A DNA stretch of 53,828 nt, from NCBI GenBank assembly GCA_910586285.1, contig CAJUGR010000002.1:1-53828 (forward strand), written 5' to 3'. Under the pieces are notes generated by a model that was not told the origin of the DNA, searched no databases, and saw only the letters and a program-made list of their open reading frames with translations. The stretch is from an uncultured Erysipelotrichaceae bacterium (GTDB taxonomy: Bacteria; Bacillota_I; Bacilli_A; Erysipelotrichales; Erysipelotrichaceae). The first letter of the stretch is position 1, and every line of letters begins with the position of its first letter. The position numbers and the translations under genes are program-made. Shown here piece after piece: positions 50,231-53,828 of the stretch.

Positions 50231-51876
50231 TGAATGTTTTAGTGATAAACGGCAGTCCAAAAGGAGCGAAAAGCAATACTTATCGGCTTACTGCAGCATT
50301 TTTGGAGGGGTTAAGGAAGGAAGAAAGGGATCTCCAAATCCAAGAACTTCCAGTGTATCGCATGGATATAAAACCTTGTCTTGGTTGCTTTTCATGTTGG
50401 AACCGCACGCCCGGGCAATGCTGCATTCAGGATGATATGTCACAGGTTATTCAATATTTGCTTTGGGCTGATATAACGATATGGAGTTTTCCGCTTTATT
50501 ATTTTACCGTACCGGGTTCACTGAAGAATCTGATTGATCGCCAGCTTCCCATGATGCTTCCGTTTATGGAAGAAAAAGAGGGACAGGTCGGAAACGGATA
50601 CCATCCCTCTCGATACGATATGAGCGGAAAGCGAACGGTAGTCATTTCCACCTGTGGTTTTTATACGGCAGAAGGAAACTATGATGGCGTGTACAGCCTT
50701 TTTGATCATATTTGCGGACCGAATAACTATACAACGATTTTCTGTGGGCAAGGGGAATTGTTTCGTGTTCCAGAATTGTCCGGGCGTACCAACGAATATT
50801 TATCATACGTAAAACAAGCGGGACAAGAGTATATAAGCGGTGGCATTACCGGAAAAACACAAGAATATCTTCATCAGCTGCTGTTGCCAAGGGAAACCTT
50901 TGAAGCCTGCGCAGATGCAAGCTGGGGTATCGATAAGGATGAAGCAATGTCAGGAATAAACGGAACGGCAGCGAAAAGAGCATCCGATACACTTGTTTTT
51001 ACCAGACAGATGGCTGCCCTTTATCGTAAAGAGAACTATCCCGGTAAAGATATTGTGTTGGAAATGCACTACACCGATGTGGAGGAAACCTATCAAATCC
51101 GATTAGGGAAAGATGGCAGTCATGTCTATACAGACGGAAGTTTGAAGCCAACCACAACGATCGAAACACCGGTCACGGTATGGCGTGCAATTTCGACCGG
51201 AGAGATTCGCGGCGATGAAGCGATGATGCAAGGGCTTTATCGAGTAAAAGGAGACTTCACCTTAATGCTGGAATGGGATACTTATTTTGGTGGTTCCCGA
51301 CCGCGCCAGCAACAAGTACCTGCAGCTTCCAATCAAAAAGAAACCAATATGAAAATTATGTTGATCCCATGGATTGTTTTATGGGTAGCCCCTGCGATCC
51401 ATAAACAGATAGGGTGTCTTGTTACTGTCAGTGTTTGTGCGCTGGTTTCCCTTATCTTTTATCGAAATAAAAAGACGATCTATGATGTGATAAGCAATGG
51501 TTTTGTGACAGGTTTTGCGGTGGCAATATTGGTAGGCGCTCCCGAAGTATGGGCGTTGCCGCTATCGTATCTTTTCTTTGCATTGATGTGGCTTATCTCA
51601 TGCTTTGGTAAAATATCACTTACCGCGAATTATTCCATGAATAGTTACGGCGGCGCGGATGCCCTACAAAACTCTTTGTTTTTAAAGACAAACCGCATCT
51701 TGACGATGCTTTGGGGGATTCTTTATCTGTTTACATCTGTTTTTACTTGGTATCTGATGCAAACCTCATTAAGCAGCTTTGTCGGATTGATCAATTCCGT
51801 AGTGCCTGTCTTCATGGGAATCTTTACCGTGTGGTTTCAAAAATGGTATCCCGCAAAAGTGGCCGGGGGAAAGTAA
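50230..51876 (+). CDS. Iron-sulfur flavoprotein/FMN-reductase domain fused to an SCP2 domain and a multi-TM domain
   Basis: INGSPKG..SNT, CLGCFSCW...PGQC, PLYYF..PG.LK.LIDR; SCP2-like W.AIS.GE..G..AMMQG.Y.VKGD; about 6 C-terminal TM helices; coupled to the padR stop (TGATG). Confidence 0.82.
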   Translation: MNVLVINGSPKGAKSNTYRLTAAFLEGLRKEERDLQIQELPVYRMDIKPCLGCFSCWNRTPGQCCIQDDMSQVIQYLLWADITIWSFPLYYFTVPGSLKNLIDRQLPMMLPFMEEKEGQVGNGYHPSRYDMSGKRTVVISTCGFYTAEGNYDGVYSLFDHICGPNNYTTIFCGQGELFRVPELSGRTNEYLSYVKQAGQEYISGGITGKTQEYLHQLLLPRETFEACADASWGIDKDEAMSGINGTAAKRASDTLVFTRQMAALYRKENYPGKDIVLEMHYTDVEETYQIRLGKDGSHVYTDGSLKPTTTIETPVTVWRAISTGEIRGDEAMMQGLYRVKGDFTLMLEWDTYFGGSRPRQQQVPAASNQKETNMKIMLIPWIVLWVAPAIHKQIGCLVTVSVCALVSLIFYRNKKTIYDVISNGFVTGFAVAILVGAPEVWALPLSYLFFALMWLISCFGKISLTANYSMNSYGGADALQNSLFLKTNRILTMLWGILYLFTSVFTWYLMQTSLSSFVGLINSVVPVFMGIFTVWFQKWYPAKVAGGK

Positions 51877-52390
51877 ACTGATTTCTACATCCAGCTTATA
51901 ACCGTTGTGCAGAAAACACAACACTTGGATATTATAAGATTGAGGAAGTTATTCAAAAAGAAATATTGCAGTGATCTCAATTTGTTGTATTTCAGGATAT
52001 TTAGTACTATATAGAAAAATCGTACTTGTAGTTAAGTTTTAATAAAAAAGTTTATCATAATGAAAATATTCCTAGTATCATTAACAAAGAGCTAAACAAA
52101 AAATGCAAAGTCGATGAACGTGAATCACCACAGAACATCGGCTTTTTATGCGCTTTGTATGGATACTGACTTGAAATGAGGGGGTCTATGTTACTGTCAG
52201 TTGGATCAATTCAACAATATTTCAAGGTTTTCGTTATTGAGGGTGAGCGACAGACTGTAAAACGGAATTGATGTCTTCTTTCTATCCACCGGTAACGCCA
52301 CATGAAGTAAGAAATGGCGTAAATTGCTTGAAAAAAAACAAAATTTGTAGTATTTTATTTATGGAGAACAATGAAAGAAGAGGACATCCT

Positions 52391-52948
52391 ATGCCATTAA
52401 AACATACGATTTTAGGGTTGCTAAATTATAAGGATATGACCGGATATGATATTGATCGGTGGCTTCAAAAACCGATTTCCTTTTTCTGGCACGCACAGAC
52501 CTCACAAGTATATAAGGAATTAAATGTCATTATGAATCATCACTGGGTAGAATGTCACATTGAAGTACAAGAAGGCAAACCGAATCGTAAGGTGTTTTCG
52601 ATCACCGATGAAGGCAGGATTGAATTAACCCGTTGGTTGGGTGATGCGGATTTGACGGAAATCATGAAATATAAAAACCCGCTGTTAATCAAAATCTTCT
52701 TTTCCGGTAATATCGATCTGGGTTCAACTATGCGACTGTTGGAAAAATACATTGCGGAATGCAATGCGATTATCACTTCCATGAATGAGGATACGCGCAA
52801 CATACCCGGGTATGAAGAACAGTTTCAAAGCGAAGACGCATCCTTTTACTGGGGCATGACGATGACCTATGGCTTTATGTATTATCAAAATGAAATTAAA
52901 TGGGCTAACTGGTGCATTGAAAAATTGAAAGAAAAAATTGATGAATAA
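52391..52948 (+). CDS. Second PadR-family regulator (paralogue)
   Basis: LKHTILGLLNY.DMTGY, FFWHAQTSQVYKEL, KPNRKVFSITDEGR; ATG at 52391 after AGAGGA. Confidence 0.92.
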   Translation: MPLKHTILGLLNYKDMTGYDIDRWLQKPISFFWHAQTSQVYKELNVIMNHHWVECHIEVQEGKPNRKVFSITDEGRIELTRWLGDADLTEIMKYKNPLLIKIFFSGNIDLGSTMRLLEKYIAECNAIITSMNEDTRNIPGYEEQFQSEDASFYWGMTMTYGFMYYQNEIKWANWCIEKLKEKIDE

Positions 52949-53542
52949 TAACAATGATAATAAAATTATGGATATAGGGATTCATAATTAACTACCGCCT
53001 TACATGTGAGCAAGAACATTGATGTAGGAGTATGGATTGATCATGGCAAATTCCACAAGCAACTTGTCAATATATGAGTTATGCTGTTTGCTCTGGTTCT
53101 GTAATGTAAAATAAGCATCAAAATATTCGTAATGGTAATTTCACATATCATCCATTTCATCATTATAATCTTTTGTCATTTTATAAAAAAACGCTGTTGT
53201 ATTTCCATAAGAGTTCTCAATGATCGGATTTAATTTTTACCAATGCAATCATCTTGCTACTTTTAATTCGTTGTCATTATTTTCATTTTATCATACAATA
53301 TTATTTCCCTATTTCCCTAAAAAATTGAATTCACCACTTGACGCTGTGGTAAAGAATTTCATATATGTATAAATACCTTATATCGTAATTCATGCCAATA
53401 ATAAGAAGTGTATGACAAAGTGAAAACTCCCAAAATGAAGTGCTTTTAGAGAATATACTATACTCCCAATGGGAGTTGCTAGTTATGATGACATATAATC
53501 CACAAAGATTTAAAAGTGGTGTAATATTATAGGCATAAGCTT

Positions 53543-53758
53543 TCAGAAGTAAACAAATTGGCGAGTGGTTTTGTAACGAATGGCCGTCTTAGTGGCACCG
53601 ACACGATAAAAAGATTTGACAATAGATAGACGAAAGCGCATGTTTTGAGTTATACTATTCATGCAAGAGGTCTCCTTTCTTTTATGTGGTAATTTAAGTA
53701 TAGCGTACCACTTGCTTTTTGTTTAGTCCTTTTGTAACTCATCTATTGTAAACCAACA
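53543..53758 (-). mobile_element. Truncated IS481-family element (left end + transposase N-terminus)
   Basis: TGT-starting terminal sequence TGTTGGTTTACAATAGATGAGTTACA (53758-53733); AGAAAGGAG RBS; ORF 53662-53543 MNSITQNMRFRLSIVKSFYRVGATKTAIRYKTTRQFVYF* matches the N-terminus of Firmicutes IS481-type transposases, with TGA where a Trp is expected. Confidence 0.7.
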
Positions 53759-53828
53759 ATAAGTTTGCTGAAGTTCCTGAAGTGAAAAGTTAAATTCCAC
53801 TTCAAAAAGCACATAAAAATAAGTAGAA

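Noticed and set aside
53661..53720. Independent chromosomal sRNA with an anti-SD motif
   Set aside because: The CUCCUUUC is simply the complement of the IS transposase RBS; reinterpreted as part of the IS relic.

Overview
This window spans the replication origin of a low-GC Firmicutes chromosome. An Erysipelotrichaceae-like gut bacterium is inferred from protein style and gene order. Genes left of ~36 kb run mainly on the - strand and genes to the right mainly on the + strand, diverging from a bipartite oriC around dnaA. Left arm: dnaA-dnaN-yaaA-recF-gyrB-gyrA, T-box-serS-ycxB-like, SRP RNA-tadA, dnaX-ebfC-recR, nadK/CYTH/DUF1294, a SEDS gene, mutS-mutL-miaA, tcdA, tmk-holB-ricT-rsmI, an OmpR/HAMP two-component system and spoVT-rqcP. 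Right arm: rpmH-rnpA-yidC-jag, pth-mfd, ftsH, a GH73 glucosaminidase and a PadR locus. Two perfect parS sites are present, one inside dnaX. No CRISPR array, rRNA or tRNA was seen. The most notable unexplained elements are: (1) a free-standing ~110-nt structured sRNA candidate with its own promoter, terminator and C-rich loops between mfd and ftsH; (2) a glucose-family PTS EIICB homologue that has lost its phosphorylation Cys and sugar-binding motifs; (3) a protein with an EVE/PUA-like N-terminal domain and a possibly dead nuclease-like C-terminus; (4) a PadR-controlled iron-sulfur flavoprotein-SCP2-membrane fusion. Several pseudogene and IS relics lie at both ends. All family calls come from motif recognition by eye; no database searches were run.
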